The notes beneath the pieces were generated by a model that saw only the letters and a list, made by a program, of their open reading frames with translations, was not told where the DNA came from and did no database searches. From positions 46,784 to 110,783 of the forward strand of contig JAQVIY010000001.1 of NCBI GenBank assembly GCA_028695415.1: a DNA stretch of 64,000 nucleotides, read 5' to 3'. Positions 38,502-48,789 of this stretch are shown here, one piece after another. Source of the stretch: Minisyncoccota bacterium. GTDB taxonomy: Bacteria; Patescibacteriota; Minisyncoccia; Phycocordibacterales; Phycocordibacteraceae. Both the position numbers and the translations under genes were made by a program. Within the stretch, counting starts at the first letter, position 1; every line of letters begins with the position of its first letter.

Positions 38502-38846
38502 ATGAACAATCCCTTCGAACGCTTCCCGAAACCTCCGCACGAGGAGGTTCCTTTTGATCCTCATTCGGTGCCGAGCATGGTTACAATAGAAGAGCAGAGA
38601 CAAGGAGCGGAGATACGAAGACTTCTCGCTAAAGGTGGCATAATCCCTCAGGAATCAGTGCCAGAGACAGGAGGAGTGAATATCAATAGTTTCCGCGCAC
38701 CGCAATATTCAGGAGGGAAGGGGGAAACGCAACATGCAGGCGAGAAAATGCAGAAAGATATGGATATGCTCGTGTCCCCTCAGGAAGGTACTCCCGCAGA
38801 ATTGCGTAAGAAATTGAGGAATCTTGTCGAGAGACTCTCCTCATAG
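38502..38846 (+). CDS. Small hypothetical protein
   Basis: 114-aa ORF directly after the ATPase. Confidence 0.35.
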   Translation: MNNPFERFPKPPHEEVPFDPHSVPSMVTIEEQRQGAEIRRLLAKGGIIPQESVPETGGVNINSFRAPQYSGGKGETQHAGEKMQKDMDMLVSPQEGTPAELRKKLRNLVERLSS

Positions 38847-38893
38847 ATAGAGTGTGTTACTATAATGCGTATATCGAGTATAATAATTCGCGT

Positions 38894-39376
38894 ATGAAAC
38901 CAACCCAGACTGGAATCGCCGTAGCTCTCGCGCTCGTCGCCGTCGCTGTGTTCTTCATCTTCCCCGGCCTGTCGCCGTTTAGCCAGCCGGGAGAAGTTAC
39001 TACTCAACCTACCACCACTATGTCCACTGAAAACGTTGATCAGCTTCAAATAACCGATGAGGCAGTGGGGACGGGAGCAGAAGCTGTCGCGGGCGATAGT
39101 GTCACGGTCAATTATGTTGGCTCGCTCACCGACGGCACCGTCTTCGACGCTTCGGCGAATCACGGCACCTCCGGCTTCACCTTCAATCTCGGGGCGGGGC
39201 AGGTTATCAAGGGCTGGGATCAAGGCATCGTCGGTATGAAGGAGGGCGGCAAGAGGAAGCTCGTCATACCCGCCGCGCTCGCCTACGGTTCTCAGGCGGT
39301 CGGAAACGTTATTCCCGCGAATTCTACGCTCGTGTTTGAAGTCGAACTCCTCAAGGTTCAAAAGGCCGGCCAGTAA
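38894..39376 (+). CDS. FKBP-type peptidyl-prolyl cis-trans isomerase with N-terminal membrane anchor
   Basis: VNYVGSLTDGTVFDAS...GAGQVIKGWDQGIVGMKEGGKRKLVIP. Confidence 0.8.
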   Translation: MKPTQTGIAVALALVAVAVFFIFPGLSPFSQPGEVTTQPTTTMSTENVDQLQITDEAVGTGAEAVAGDSVTVNYVGSLTDGTVFDASANHGTSGFTFNLGAGQVIKGWDQGIVGMKEGGKRKLVIPAALAYGSQAVGNVIPANSTLVFEVELLKVQKAGQ

Positions 39377-39392
39377 GGCTCGAGGTGCTTGA

Positions 39393-39441
39393 GAACCGCG
39401 CAGTGCCTCAGGGCACTGCGCGGTTCTCATATTTTTGCTAG
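39393..39441 (+). terminator. Rho-independent terminator (15-bp stem)
   Basis: gaaccgcgcagtgcc tcag ggcactgcgcggttc then tcatattttt. Confidence 0.65.
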
Positions 39442-39451
39442 GGTGGTAGTA

Positions 39452-40759
39452 ATGAGCGCTCTGCAATTCAAAATAGAGAACCGCGCGCCCCAGAGCGGCG
39501 CGCGAACGGGCACCCTCACAACGCCGCACGGTGTTATTCATACCCCTGCGTTCACGCCGGTGGGTACTAAAGCAGATGTAAAAGGAATCTTACCCAATCA
39601 ACTGACGGCACTCGGCGCTGAGGTCGTGCTCGCCAACACGTATCATCTCTACCTCCAACCGGGCGAGAAGATTGTCGAACAATCAGGAGGATTGGCGAAG
39701 TTCATGAATTGGGTAGAACTGGGCCCCCACTCCGCCGAGGCTTCGCGGGGCAAGCCGACGATTACCGATTCCGGCGGCTTTCAGGTGTTCTCCTTGGGCG
39801 CCGCCTTCGGCAAGACTATTTCTAAATTTACGAAGGGTGAAGTGACGGAAAAAGAGGATCAGCCCCGACGCTCGTCAGACGAGGTCGGGGCCCCGACCGG
39901 AGCGTCGGGGCTCGCATATTACGATACGGACGTCGCGAGTCAGCACGGCCAACTCGCGGTGATAGACGATGAAGGAGTTACTTTCACCTCGCACCTCGAT
40001 GGTTCGCTTCACCGTTTTACTCCCGAGCGTTCGGTCGAGATACAGCACGCACTCGGCGCAGATATCTTCTTCGCATTCGACGAGTGTACTTCGCCCGTCG
40101 AACCGTACGAGTATCAGAAGGAGGCAATGGAGCGCACGCATAAGTGGGCAGAGCGCAGTCTCAAAGCGCATCGGCAGAATATCGAGGCGAGCAAGAAGCA
40201 GGCCCTCTTCGGCATCGTGCAGGGCGGGCGGCACGAAGACCTACGCAGAGTGTCCGCGCGCGAGATCGCTTCGATGGGCTTCGACGGAATCGGCATCGGC
40301 GGCTCATTTAGTAAAGAAGATATGCGGAGCGTGCTTTCTGCTGCGGTGAGCGAATTACCCGAAGAGCTCCCGCGCCACTTCCTCGGTATCGGCGAGCCGG
40401 GTGATATCCTCGAGGGTATCGCGAACGGTATGGACACCTTCGACTGCGTCGCGCCGACACGCATCGGCCGACATGGCTCTATCTATACTCGGCAAGGCAT
40501 TATTCACTTGACGGGAGAGAAGTATAAGGACGATTTCGGTCCGCTTGATCCTGAATATGCTGCGCCGGGAACTGAGGGATTCACCCGTGCCTATGTCGCG
40601 CACCTTATTCGCGCTAAAGAGATGCTCGGCTCGATGATTTGCTCGATGCACAATATGGGCTTTATCCTCAATCTCGTCGCGGGCGCACGCGAAGCGATCC
40701 TCGTCGGTCGTTTTGACGAGTATCGTGCAGATTTTGTGCATAATTATTATCAAAAGTAG
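39452..40759 (+). CDS. tgt: Queuine tRNA-ribosyltransferase
   Basis: DSGGFQ motif; zinc-binding C-terminal region; TIM-barrel Tgt family. Confidence 0.8.
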   Translation: MSALQFKIENRAPQSGARTGTLTTPHGVIHTPAFTPVGTKADVKGILPNQLTALGAEVVLANTYHLYLQPGEKIVEQSGGLAKFMNWVELGPHSAEASRGKPTITDSGGFQVFSLGAAFGKTISKFTKGEVTEKEDQPRRSSDEVGAPTGASGLAYYDTDVASQHGQLAVIDDEGVTFTSHLDGSLHRFTPERSVEIQHALGADIFFAFDECTSPVEPYEYQKEAMERTHKWAERSLKAHRQNIEASKKQALFGIVQGGRHEDLRRVSAREIASMGFDGIGIGGSFSKEDMRSVLSAAVSELPEELPRHFLGIGEPGDILEGIANGMDTFDCVAPTRIGRHGSIYTRQGIIHLTGEKYKDDFGPLDPEYAAPGTEGFTRAYVAHLIRAKEMLGSMICSMHNMGFILNLVAGAREAILVGRFDEYRADFVHNYYQK

Positions 40760-40797
40760 AACGGGGCAGGTCGTGTGACCTGCCCCGCGGTGCGCTC

Positions 40798-40992
40798 TTA
40801 CTTGGCGAAGAACATAGTGGTAACGCCAATTGTGAACATGATGCTACCCAACATGCTGGTTTTGAAGCCAGACGGCTTGCGCCAGATATCTGTCGCCGCG
40901 CAGAACAGCACCTCGATGACGATTGCCACAACGAAACCGAGAAGCACTTGCCACGTAAGTAACAGTTGCAAAAACAGTCTGAACTTTTCCAT
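40798..40992 (-). CDS. Small 2-TM membrane protein
   Basis: MEKFRLFLQLLLTWQVLLGFVVAIV...; terminator hairpin 40764..40787. Confidence 0.3.
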   Translation of the reverse strand: MEKFRLFLQLLLTWQVLLGFVVAIVIEVLFCAATDIWRKPSGFKTSMLGSIMFTIGVTTMFFAK

Positions 40993-41062
40993 TTGAATTC
41001 TCCCAGAGAAGTGAAGGCGTTCCAAAATCAAAGTACGCTTTTTGTGATATACTGTCAACCCT

Positions 41063-43114
41063 GTGACTAACTTCAAACCTCATTTTCCATACCAGCCGGC
41101 GGGCGACCAGCCCGAGGCTATCAAGACTCTTGAGAAAGGGCTCTTGAAGGGTATGCGTCATCAAACACTCTTTGGCGCGACGGGTACGGGTAAGACGTTT
41201 ACTGTTGCAAATGTCATCGCGAAGCTCGATAAGCCGACTCTTGTCCTTGCACATAACAAGACGCTTGCCGCGCAGCTCGCGCAAGAATATCGTTCATTCT
41301 TCCCCGAGAACGCGGTGCACTATTTCGTCTCCTATTACGACTACTATCAGCCCGAAGCATATATCGCGCACTCCGATACGTATATAGAGAAAGAAGCGAT
41401 GATCAACGCCGAGATAGATCGCTTGCGTCACGCGGCGACTCAAGCATTACTCACGCGCAAAGATGTCATTATTGTCGCGTCAGTGTCCGCAATCTACGGG
41501 CTCGGTTCGCCTGAAGAGTATGAGAAAGTGCACGTAAAGATACAGAAACAGGAGACCGTCGAAGGAGGCAGGGGTGGATTGATACGGAAGCTCGTCGGTA
41601 TTTACTTTGAACGTACGAATGCAGATCTTAATCCCGGACAGTTGCGCGCCATCGGCAACTCGCTTGAGTTCATGCCGGTAAATGAGCGTGTGATGTATCG
41701 CGTCGCGTTTGATGGCGATACGGTGGCACGCATTGATCAGCTTGACCCGGTCTCGCGCGCAAAAGTTGCGGAACTTGAGTCGGTCTTCGTCTTCCCGGCG
41801 AAGCACTTCGTGACAAATGAAGACGAGCGCGCCCGCGCCATCGAGGACATCAAGCTTGAACTCGACGAACAGCTCGCGAAGTTCAAACGCGAAGAGAAGC
41901 CCTTGGAAGCTGAGCGTCTGAAACGCCGCACGCTTCACGACCTCGCTCTTATCCGCGAGCTCGGGTATACGACGGGTATCGAGAATTACTCGCGGCATTT
42001 CGATGGGCGCAAAGCAGGAGAACCCCCCTTCACGCTCCTGAGTTATTTCAAACGTTGTGACAAGGATTTCCTCACCGTGATAGACGAGTCGCATGTGACG
42101 GTATCGCAGCTCGGCGGGATGTATGCGGGCGACAAATCGCGCAAGGATACACTCATCGAGTACGGCTTCCGGCTCCCCTCGGCGCGTGATAATCGTCCGC
42201 TCACGTTTGAAGAGTTTGAAGGGCGTACTGGACAGGTGCTCTACACGAGCGCTACGCCGGGGCCGTATGAAAAAGCACACTCTGAACAGATTGTTGAACA
42301 GGTTATCCGCCCGACTGGTCTCCTCGATCCTGAACTTACCGTGCGTGGTGTGATCGAGACGAAAGAGTATAAGGGTCAGATAGCAGACTTTATTGAAGAA
42401 GCGGGAAAGGTCATACAGAATGGCGGCAGAGCGCTCGCGACGACGCTCACCAAACAGATGGCAGAAGATCTTGCATCGTTCCTGCGCGAGAAGGGTATCA
42501 AGGCGGAATATCTCCACTCTGACGTGAAGACGATAGACCGTATTGATATTCTCACGAAATTCCGCAAAGGCGAGTTCGACATTCTCGTCGGCGTAAATCT
42601 CCTTCGTGAGGGGCTCGATCTTCCCGAAGTCGAGCTCGTGGGTATCCTCGACGCCGACAAAGAGGGCTTCCTCCGCAGCGAGACTTCACTTATCCAGACA
42701 ATCGGTCGTGCGGCGCGCAATGTGCTCGGGCGCGTCATTCTCTATGCCGATGTGATGACGGGCTCACTCGAACGCGCGATAGGGGAGACGAATCGCCGTC
42801 GCGAAAAGCAGATTGCTTATAACCAAGAGCATGGCATTACCCCGACAACCATAAAGAAAGAAATACACGATATCGCTGCGTCGATGCGTACCGAGCATCA
42901 AAAGACGGTGGACGACCTGCTCGCGCTCGACACAATTGCCTACAAAGATGACCCGAAAGCGTTCATCACGCAGAAGCGACTTGAGATGGCCGAAGCCGTA
43001 GAGAGTCTGGACTTCGAGACCGCCGCCCTCATCCGCGATGAGATCTATAAGCTCGAAGGCACCGGTCCCAAGGCAAAAAAGCCCCGCACCCGCAAGCCGT
43101 TGTCAGGAGGTTGA
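41063..43114 (+). CDS. uvrB: Excinuclease ABC subunit B
   Basis: GATGTGKT P-loop, DESH box, C-terminal UVR domain. Confidence 0.9.
   Translation: MTNFKPHFPYQPAGDQPEAIKTLEKGLLKGMRHQTLFGATGTGKTFTVANVIAKLDKPTLVLAHNKTLAAQLAQEYRSFFPENAVHYFVSYYDYYQPEAYIAHSDTYIEKEAMINAEIDRLRHAATQALLTRKDVIIVASVSAIYGLGSPEEYEKVHVKIQKQETVEGGRGGLIRKLVGIYFERTNADLNPGQLRAIGNSLEFMPVNERVMYRVAFDGDTVARIDQLDPVSRAKVAELESVFVFPAKHFVTNEDERARAIEDIKLELDEQLAKFKREEKPLEAERLKRRTLHDLALIRELGYTTGIENYSRHFDGRKAGEPPFTLLSYFKRCDKDFLTVIDESHVTVSQLGGMYAGDKSRKDTLIEYGFRLPSARDNRPLTFEEFEGRTGQVLYTSATPGPYEKAHSEQIVEQVIRPTGLLDPELTVRGVIETKEYKGQIADFIEEAGKVIQNGGRALATTLTKQMAEDLASFLREKGIKAEYLHSDVKTIDRIDILTKFRKGEFDILVGVNLLREGLDLPEVELVGILDADKEGFLRSETSLIQTIGRAARNVLGRVILYADVMTGSLERAIGETNRRREKQIAYNQEHGITPTTIKKEIHDIAASMRTEHQKTVDDLLALDTIAYKDDPKAFITQKRLEMAEAVESLDFETAALIRDEIYKLEGTGPKAKKPRTRKPLSGG
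43058..43098 (+). repeat. Direct repeat copy 1 (uvrB 3' end, 41 bp); matches 43895..43935 at 38/41
   Basis: ggcaccggtcccaaggcaaaaaagccccgcacccgcaagcc vs ggcaccggtcccaaggcaaagaagccccgcactcggaagcc. Confidence 0.8.
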
Positions 43115-43202
43115 ATCTAGAAGAATAGGGGAGTAGAGTGCGCCTAGATGTGCATGAGGATCCGTCCTCACACGTCCTTTTCAACTGACAGAGGAGCTGA
43201 CA

Positions 43203-43856
43203 ATGGATACGTCCGACAGCATGGCTTTGTGGCACGGAGACTTGAATTACCTATTGGCGGGGCACCAGGTGCCTCTCAACTGTTTGTCGTCAGAAGAATG
43301 GCTCGTGGTTATACACAAAGCTCTCGATAGGGTGGCATTGAAATATCTGCCGCACATTCGAGACCTGACGAAGACGCTCTCCACGATACAACAGTGGGGG
43401 TTGTACAACATCGACTCCAGTCCGGAACTCAAGATAGTCGCTTGGAAGGCCGGCAAGAAACATTGGGGGATAGAGAAAGACGTGCGTCTTATTCCCGTTG
43501 GTGCTGTCACAGTACCTCCGCCACCACCAAGGAAAAATGCGTACAGAGGGAAAGACACAACACAACCAGATGTGCACCTGTTCCTTAGTACCAAGCAACA
43601 ATGGATCAAGATGGAACGGATTCTCGTCGACAAGATTTGGGACCAACACGAGGAGCTTTGTTTTTGCGGCCTAAACGAGGATGAACTGATCGAGGTAGTT
43701 GGTGACCAGCGTATCTTCTGGCCGCAAATGCTCTACCACCTGAAGACGCTCGCGGAGCTGAGCATGCGTCAGAAGGAAGAGCATATCGAGCAGCTGGGAC
43801 ATACGATCAGGAGGTTGGATGAAATAACCAGCCGTGTTGGACCAAAGTTCCCATAG
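43203..43856 (+). CDS. Hypothetical protein (cargo of the uvrB 3'-end insertion; lower GC)
   Basis: 217-aa ORF with RBS gaggag; terminator hairpin 43862..43892. Confidence 0.5.
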   Translation: MDTSDSMALWHGDLNYLLAGHQVPLNCLSSEEWLVVIHKALDRVALKYLPHIRDLTKTLSTIQQWGLYNIDSSPELKIVAWKAGKKHWGIEKDVRLIPVGAVTVPPPPPRKNAYRGKDTTQPDVHLFLSTKQQWIKMERILVDKIWDQHEELCFCGLNEDELIEVVGDQRIFWPQMLYHLKTLAELSMRQKEEHIEQLGHTIRRLDEITSRVGPKFP

Positions 43857-43894
43857 CACCAAGCCCGGAGCAATCCGGGCTACTTTATTTATAA

Positions 43895-43935
43895 GGCACC
43901 GGTCCCAAGGCAAAGAAGCCCCGCACTCGGAAGCC
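43895..43935 (+). repeat. Direct repeat copy 2 (remnant uvrB 3' end)
   Basis: See copy 1. Confidence 0.8.
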
Positions 43936-43955
43936 CTTTCGGGAAGTTAGTTGAA

Positions 43956-43965
43956 GTGGTATAAT
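43956..43965 (+). promoter_or_regulatory. Extended -10 element GTGGTATAAT upstream of uvrA
   Basis: TGn plus consensus TATAAT, 37 nt upstream of the uvrA ATG. Confidence 0.45.
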
Positions 43966-44002
43966 CACATCGTACCTGCCCCTCCACGGGTAGGATTCCT
44001 GC

Positions 44003-46687
44003 ATGAAAAAACAAAGCGCGAAGGAAGAACACAAGCACAAGCACGGGAGCGACTGGCTCCGCGTGAAGGGTGCGCGCACCCATAACCTGAAGAATATCGA
44101 CGTCGATATGCCGCGCGGGGCGATGACGGTGATCACTGGTCTCTCCGGCTCGGGCAAGTCTTCGCTCGCTTTTGATACTATCTTCGCCGAAGGTCAACGG
44201 CGGTATGTGGAGTCGCTTTCCGCGTACGCGCGCCAGTTCCTCAATCAGATGGCGAAGCCGGATGTGGACGAGATACGCGGACTCTCGCCGGCCATCTCTA
44301 TAGACCAGAAGAGCCGCTCTAACAATCCGCGCTCGACGGTAGCGACCGTCACCGAAATTTATGATTATCTGCGCGTGCTCTATGCACGCGCCGGTCAGCC
44401 GTACTGTATTCATCATGATGTACCTATCGTGCGACTCTCAAAAGAGGAAATGATCAAAATGGTGTTCAATCGCGTAGAGAAAAAGAGAAGCGGGATGGGC
44501 CTGCCGAGCACCAATTCCGATTCGGTGCTTGGTGTCGCGGTAGATAAGACTGCAGTTATTGTCTACGCGCCGGTCGTCGTCGGTCGTAAAGGCGAGTACT
44601 ACCAGCTTCTCTACGACCTCCTTAGTAAGGGCTATGAGAAAGTAGTTGTTGATGGCAAGCTGCACTCGCTCCGCGAGAAGATTGTCATGGAACGCAACAA
44701 GGTGCACAGCATAGACGCGCTCGTGGACTCCATCTACGTCTCGGAATTTGCGCGCTCCACCGCCGCGGCGCGCGAGCGCCTCTCGGAGGCTCTCGAGCTC
44801 GCACTCAAACAGGCCGACGGCCTCGTGAAGATCGCGCACGCCGACGGCTCCGTCGAGACGCTTTCGTCGAAGTTCATCTGCCCCGAGGACGGCGCTTCGT
44901 TTCCCGAGGTCGAACCTCGGTTATTCTCGTTCAACTCGCCGTATGGCGCGTGTCCGACCTGTCACGGGCTCGGCACTGAATCGCTCTTCTCTGAAGAGGC
45001 GTGTCCGGTCTGTGAGGGGAAGCGTCTGCGGCCCGAAGCGCTGCGGGTGTACCTGAAGAGCGGCCCTACTTCGCATAAAGCTACGAAGGGCGCAGAAGGA
45101 AGCAGCCCACTCGGCAAGAGCATTGTAGATTTCACCAACATGTCGATTCGCGAAGCGAAGGACTTTGTCGATTCTATCGAGCTCTCTGAGATGAAGTTCG
45201 ATATTGCCGCGCCGATCCTGAAAGAGATTGAGAGCCGACTCTCCTTTATGTTGAATGTCGGCCTCGATTATCTCACGCTGAACCGTTCGGCCGCCACTCT
45301 CTCTGGTGGCGAGGCACAGCGCATCAGGCTCGCGTCCCAACTCGGGAGCGGGCTCACGGGAGCGCTCTACGTGCTCGACGAACCGACGATCGGACTCCAT
45401 CAGCGCGACAACGACCGTCTTATCAAGACCTTGCTCACGCTCAAAGAGCTCGGCAACACGATCGTCGTCGTCGAGCACGACGAGGAGACGATGTACGCAT
45501 CAGACTATATTGTTGATATCGGTCCCGGCGCGGGCATTCATGGCGGCACGGTTGTCGTGCAGGGCTGGCTCGATGATCTCCTCACTGCCAAAGAGAATAA
45601 GAGCGGCTCACAGACGCTCGCGTATGTACGGGGCGAGAAGGAGATTGCCGTGCCCGAGGAGCGTCGTACGAGCGAGAAGGGCTCGCTGAAGGTGCGCGGC
45701 GCGACGCTCCACAATCTCGTCAATCAAAATGTCGATGTTCCTTTGGGTAAGCTTGTTTGTATCACGGGCGTTTCTGGGAGCGGGAAGTCCACCTTTCTCT
45801 ACGACATTTTGCACCGCAATATCGCGGCGCGTTTCGCGCGTCGCGAAGCGAAACTCGAGCACGTCGCAAGCATGACTGGCACCGAATACCTCGGGCGCGC
45901 CATCCTTATTGACCAGTCGCCAATAGGCCGCACACCGCGAAGTAATCCGGCGACGTACACCGGTGCTTTCACTCATATTCGCGATCTCTTCGCCGCTACC
46001 GGCGAGGCGCGGGCGCGCGGCTGGAAGCCGGGCCGCTTCTCTTTCAATGTTCCCGGCGGACGCTGTGAAGCGTGTCAGGGTAATGGCTCCATCGCAGTTG
46101 AGATGCACTTCCTCCCGACGGTGTACGTCACGTGCGATGTGTGCGAAGGCAAGCGCTTTATGAAAGAGACGCTCGAGGTGACCTATCGCGGCAAGACTAT
46201 CTATGAGGTGCTCCAGATGACTATTGAAGAAGCGGAAAAGTTTTTTGGCGATATTCCCGCGATCTATGAGCGCCTCGCTTCGCTCAACTCCACCGGCCTG
46301 CAGTACCTCACGCTCGGGCAGAGCGCGACGACACTCTCGGGCGGTGAAGCTCAGCGCGTGAAGATCGCGAGCGAGCTCTACCGCTCAATGCCGATGAAGA
46401 CCATATATCTGCTCGATGAACCGACGGTCGGCCTCCACTACGAAGATGTGCAGAAGCTCATCGAGATACTGCAAGAGCTCGTTGCGCGCGGCAACACGGT
46501 TGTCGTCATCGAGCACAACCTCGATGTCATCAAAAGCGCCGACTACCTGATCGACTTTGGCCCTGAAGGCGGCGCGGGCGGCGGTAAGGTGGTGGCGAAG
46601 GGTACACCCGAAGAAGTCGCTGCGACCGACGGCTCGCACACCGGCCATTACCTTGCGAAGCATCTCCACAAGCGCCGCAAGAAATAA
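44003..46687 (+). CDS. uvrA: Excinuclease ABC subunit A
   Basis: Two ABC modules ([18 protein letters not shown]), zinc fingers, LSGGEAQR signature x2. Confidence 0.9.
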   Translation: MKKQSAKEEHKHKHGSDWLRVKGARTHNLKNIDVDMPRGAMTVITGLSGSGKSSLAFDTIFAEGQRRYVESLSAYARQFLNQMAKPDVDEIRGLSPAISIDQKSRSNNPRSTVATVTEIYDYLRVLYARAGQPYCIHHDVPIVRLSKEEMIKMVFNRVEKKRSGMGLPSTNSDSVLGVAVDKTAVIVYAPVVVGRKGEYYQLLYDLLSKGYEKVVVDGKLHSLREKIVMERNKVHSIDALVDSIYVSEFARSTAAARERLSEALELALKQADGLVKIAHADGSVETLSSKFICPEDGASFPEVEPRLFSFNSPYGACPTCHGLGTESLFSEEACPVCEGKRLRPEALRVYLKSGPTSHKATKGAEGSSPLGKSIVDFTNMSIREAKDFVDSIELSEMKFDIAAPILKEIESRLSFMLNVGLDYLTLNRSAATLSGGEAQRIRLASQLGSGLTGALYVLDEPTIGLHQRDNDRLIKTLLTLKELGNTIVVVEHDEETMYASDYIVDIGPGAGIHGGTVVVQGWLDDLLTAKENKSGSQTLAYVRGEKEIAVPEERRTSEKGSLKVRGATLHNLVNQNVDVPLGKLVCITGVSGSGKSTFLYDILHRNIAARFARREAKLEHVASMTGTEYLGRAILIDQSPIGRTPRSNPATYTGAFTHIRDLFAATGEARARGWKPGRFSFNVPGGRCEACQGNGSIAVEMHFLPTVYVTCDVCEGKRFMKETLEVTYRGKTIYEVLQMTIEEAEKFFGDIPAIYERLASLNSTGLQYLTLGQSATTLSGGEAQRVKIASELYRSMPMKTIYLLDEPTVGLHYEDVQKLIEILQELVARGNTVVVIEHNLDVIKSADYLIDFGPEGGAGGGKVVAKGTPEEVAATDGSHTGHYLAKHLHKRRKK

Positions 46688-46688
46688 C

Positions 46689-47354
46689 ATGAGTCAGTCA
46701 CAGACATTCGCAGTCATATTCGATATGGATGGAGTACTCGTGGATTCGACGATGGAGATTCGAATTGCGTTCAAGAAGACTTTCGAGACGCTTGGCTTCA
46801 AACTTGACCCGATGAGTAATCCAAAATACAGCGGCCGCTCACTTGCAGATCAAGTTTCCTTATGGAAGGAGGACTACGGCATCGACGCTGGGGATCCAAA
46901 CGTTTTTTCGCGAAAGGCTTTTGCCTTTGAGAAGGAAATGATTGCCACGAAATCTGCCGACCTCGAATTGCGGCGGCTACTCATTGAACTGAAAGACAAG
47001 GGTGTCCCCATGGGAGTCGGGACTTCTTCGAAGGGTTATCGGGCGGAAGAGATTTTGACGATGCTCGGTATCAGAGATTTCTTCGCCGCGCTTGTTACCG
47101 CTGATGACGTGACAGAACATAAACCTAATCCGCACGTGTTCTTAGAAGTTGCGAGACATCTCAAGACCCCGCCTGAGAAATGCGTAGTTATAGAAGATGC
47201 GGCGACTGGCGTCGAGGCCGCTCGGAATGGCTGTATGAAATCTATAGGTTTCTTGACCGAGTGGAACAGCGAAGAGGAACTCAGTCGAGCGGACGGGGTC
47301 ATACGCGGTTTCGCTGAACTGTCTTATGACGGGCTCGCAAGTATGTTGGCGTAG
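46689..47354 (+). CDS. HAD-IA family hydrolase (beta-phosphoglucomutase-like)
   Basis: FDMDGVLVDS motif I; GVGTSS; start ATG 46689 just after uvrA stop. Confidence 0.7.
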   Translation: MSQSQTFAVIFDMDGVLVDSTMEIRIAFKKTFETLGFKLDPMSNPKYSGRSLADQVSLWKEDYGIDAGDPNVFSRKAFAFEKEMIATKSADLELRRLLIELKDKGVPMGVGTSSKGYRAEEILTMLGIRDFFAALVTADDVTEHKPNPHVFLEVARHLKTPPEKCVVIEDAATGVEAARNGCMKSIGFLTEWNSEEELSRADGVIRGFAELSYDGLASMLA

Positions 47355-47448
47355 TAAGGATTACCCTTGTTACTAAAAAGAATCGCCGCCTGCGGATGCA
47401 GGCGGCGTGACGCAGGAAGGGTAACCCTTGCTGCCACAAAAGGCGGGT

Positions 47449-47886
47449 TTAGTCTGGTCGGACTGAGTCGCCACCCTTCGCGACGTATGTCACCTTGTGG
47501 AACGGATAGGGCATGCCCTGGACAGTGTCAGTGGAGTTGAGTTCTATCCAGCATGGTGCCTCGAGGGTGTGTCCCGCGCCCACGCCGCTCATCATAATCT
47601 TAACCTCCACCTCTACTCTCTTGATATCGTCGCGGCATTTGACGGAACCGAGGACGACAACTTCGCGGGTGAACTCGCCTGTGAAGTCGCCGTTTGGGTA
47701 GGTCTTGTGCCCAACGTCGCGAGTGTAAGTCTCCCGTTCGGTCACCCACTGGACGGCGGATAACTCGAAAGTTTCTCGAATTAGTTGGTCGGCCAGGTAT
47801 TTCGCCCAGAGCACCGAGTTCGTTTCTTTCCGTGCCAACTTGTATCCGAACCCCTGTTTTATAGGGAAATGAACTGATTTCATCAT
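47449..47886 (-). CDS. Hypothetical protein
   Basis: 145-aa ORF from internal ATG with RBS gaggag. Confidence 0.4.
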   Translation of the reverse strand: MMKSVHFPIKQGFGYKLARKETNSVLWAKYLADQLIRETFELSAVQWVTERETYTRDVGHKTYPNGDFTGEFTREVVVLGSVKCRDDIKRVEVEVKIMMSGVGAGHTLEAPCWIELNSTDTVQGMPYPFHKVTYVAKGGDSVRPD

Positions 47887-48015
47887 GAACTCCTCAAGGA
47901 AGTTTGCGGCGGACATCCGCAGCAACCGATGCAAGATCGGCGATGTAATATTCACATATTATGCTAGAAATGTCAAATTCGTCGTAATGGTTTAGCACCT
48001 TTTGCCGCCAAGTGA

Positions 48016-48789
48016 CTACTTGAAGAACACTGCGTACGCGAACGAGAAGATAACGGCGATCATGATGCCGATGACAAGGGCATCGGATACTTTCTTCGGG
48101 AGTTTGAACAAAGCCTTCTTTCCCAACCATGTGGCGAGGACCATCACAGGAAAGAAATAGAGAAGCGGTGTAATGTCTGGTAGGGCGAGCTGTCCCGTGT
48201 TCAATCGCACGATTGTTGCGACTAGGAAGTTTGCACCGCCGATGACTGCCGTCGTTCCATGCACCTCAGCGATTTTCAAATCTTGTGCGTAGAGATACTG
48301 GTTTCGCAAGTCGCTTCCCGCAAGTCCGGTGCCCTGCAAGAACCCTGAAAACAGGCCGACGAAGTGATCGAGGTATCGATGTGACCACTTTGCCTTCGGG
48401 ATGATTTGCAGTTTTTTAAGGAGGAAATATATCGAGAAGAGGAGGATGGTAACGAGTAGCCAGCGCACCGGAATTATCACCAAGGCGAGAGCTCCGAAAA
48501 ATGCTGCAATGACAGATGGGAGCAGCAAGGTCTTAATCTCTTGCCACTGAATGTTCTCCCAAAAGAAGAATATGCGCGGTGGGGCGGTGAGGAAGAAGTA
48601 AAAAGTTGCGATGCCAATCGCGCGATGCGGGTCGACCAGCATCGCCAAGAGTGGAGTTATCGTCGCAGAGCCAGAGAAGGGGACGACGATGTTCACTAGA
48701 GTACTCAGGCCCAGTAGGCCGTATATCAAGAACACCTGAAGGGATAGCATTGCCGAGATTATAACGTGCTGTAGTGTATTTGTATGCAA
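48016..48789 (-). CDS. TSUP family (TauE/SafE, DUF81) membrane transporter
   Basis: 257 aa, about 8 TM with internal duplication typical of TauE/SafE. Confidence 0.6.
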   Translation of the reverse strand: MHTNTLQHVIISAMLSLQVFLIYGLLGLSTLVNIVVPFSGSATITPLLAMLVDPHRAIGIATFYFFLTAPPRIFFFWENIQWQEIKTLLLPSVIAAFFGALALVIIPVRWLLVTILLFSIYFLLKKLQIIPKAKWSHRYLDHFVGLFSGFLQGTGLAGSDLRNQYLYAQDLKIAEVHGTTAVIGGANFLVATIVRLNTGQLALPDITPLLYFFPVMVLATWLGKKALFKLPKKVSDALVIGIMIAVIFSFAYAVFFK

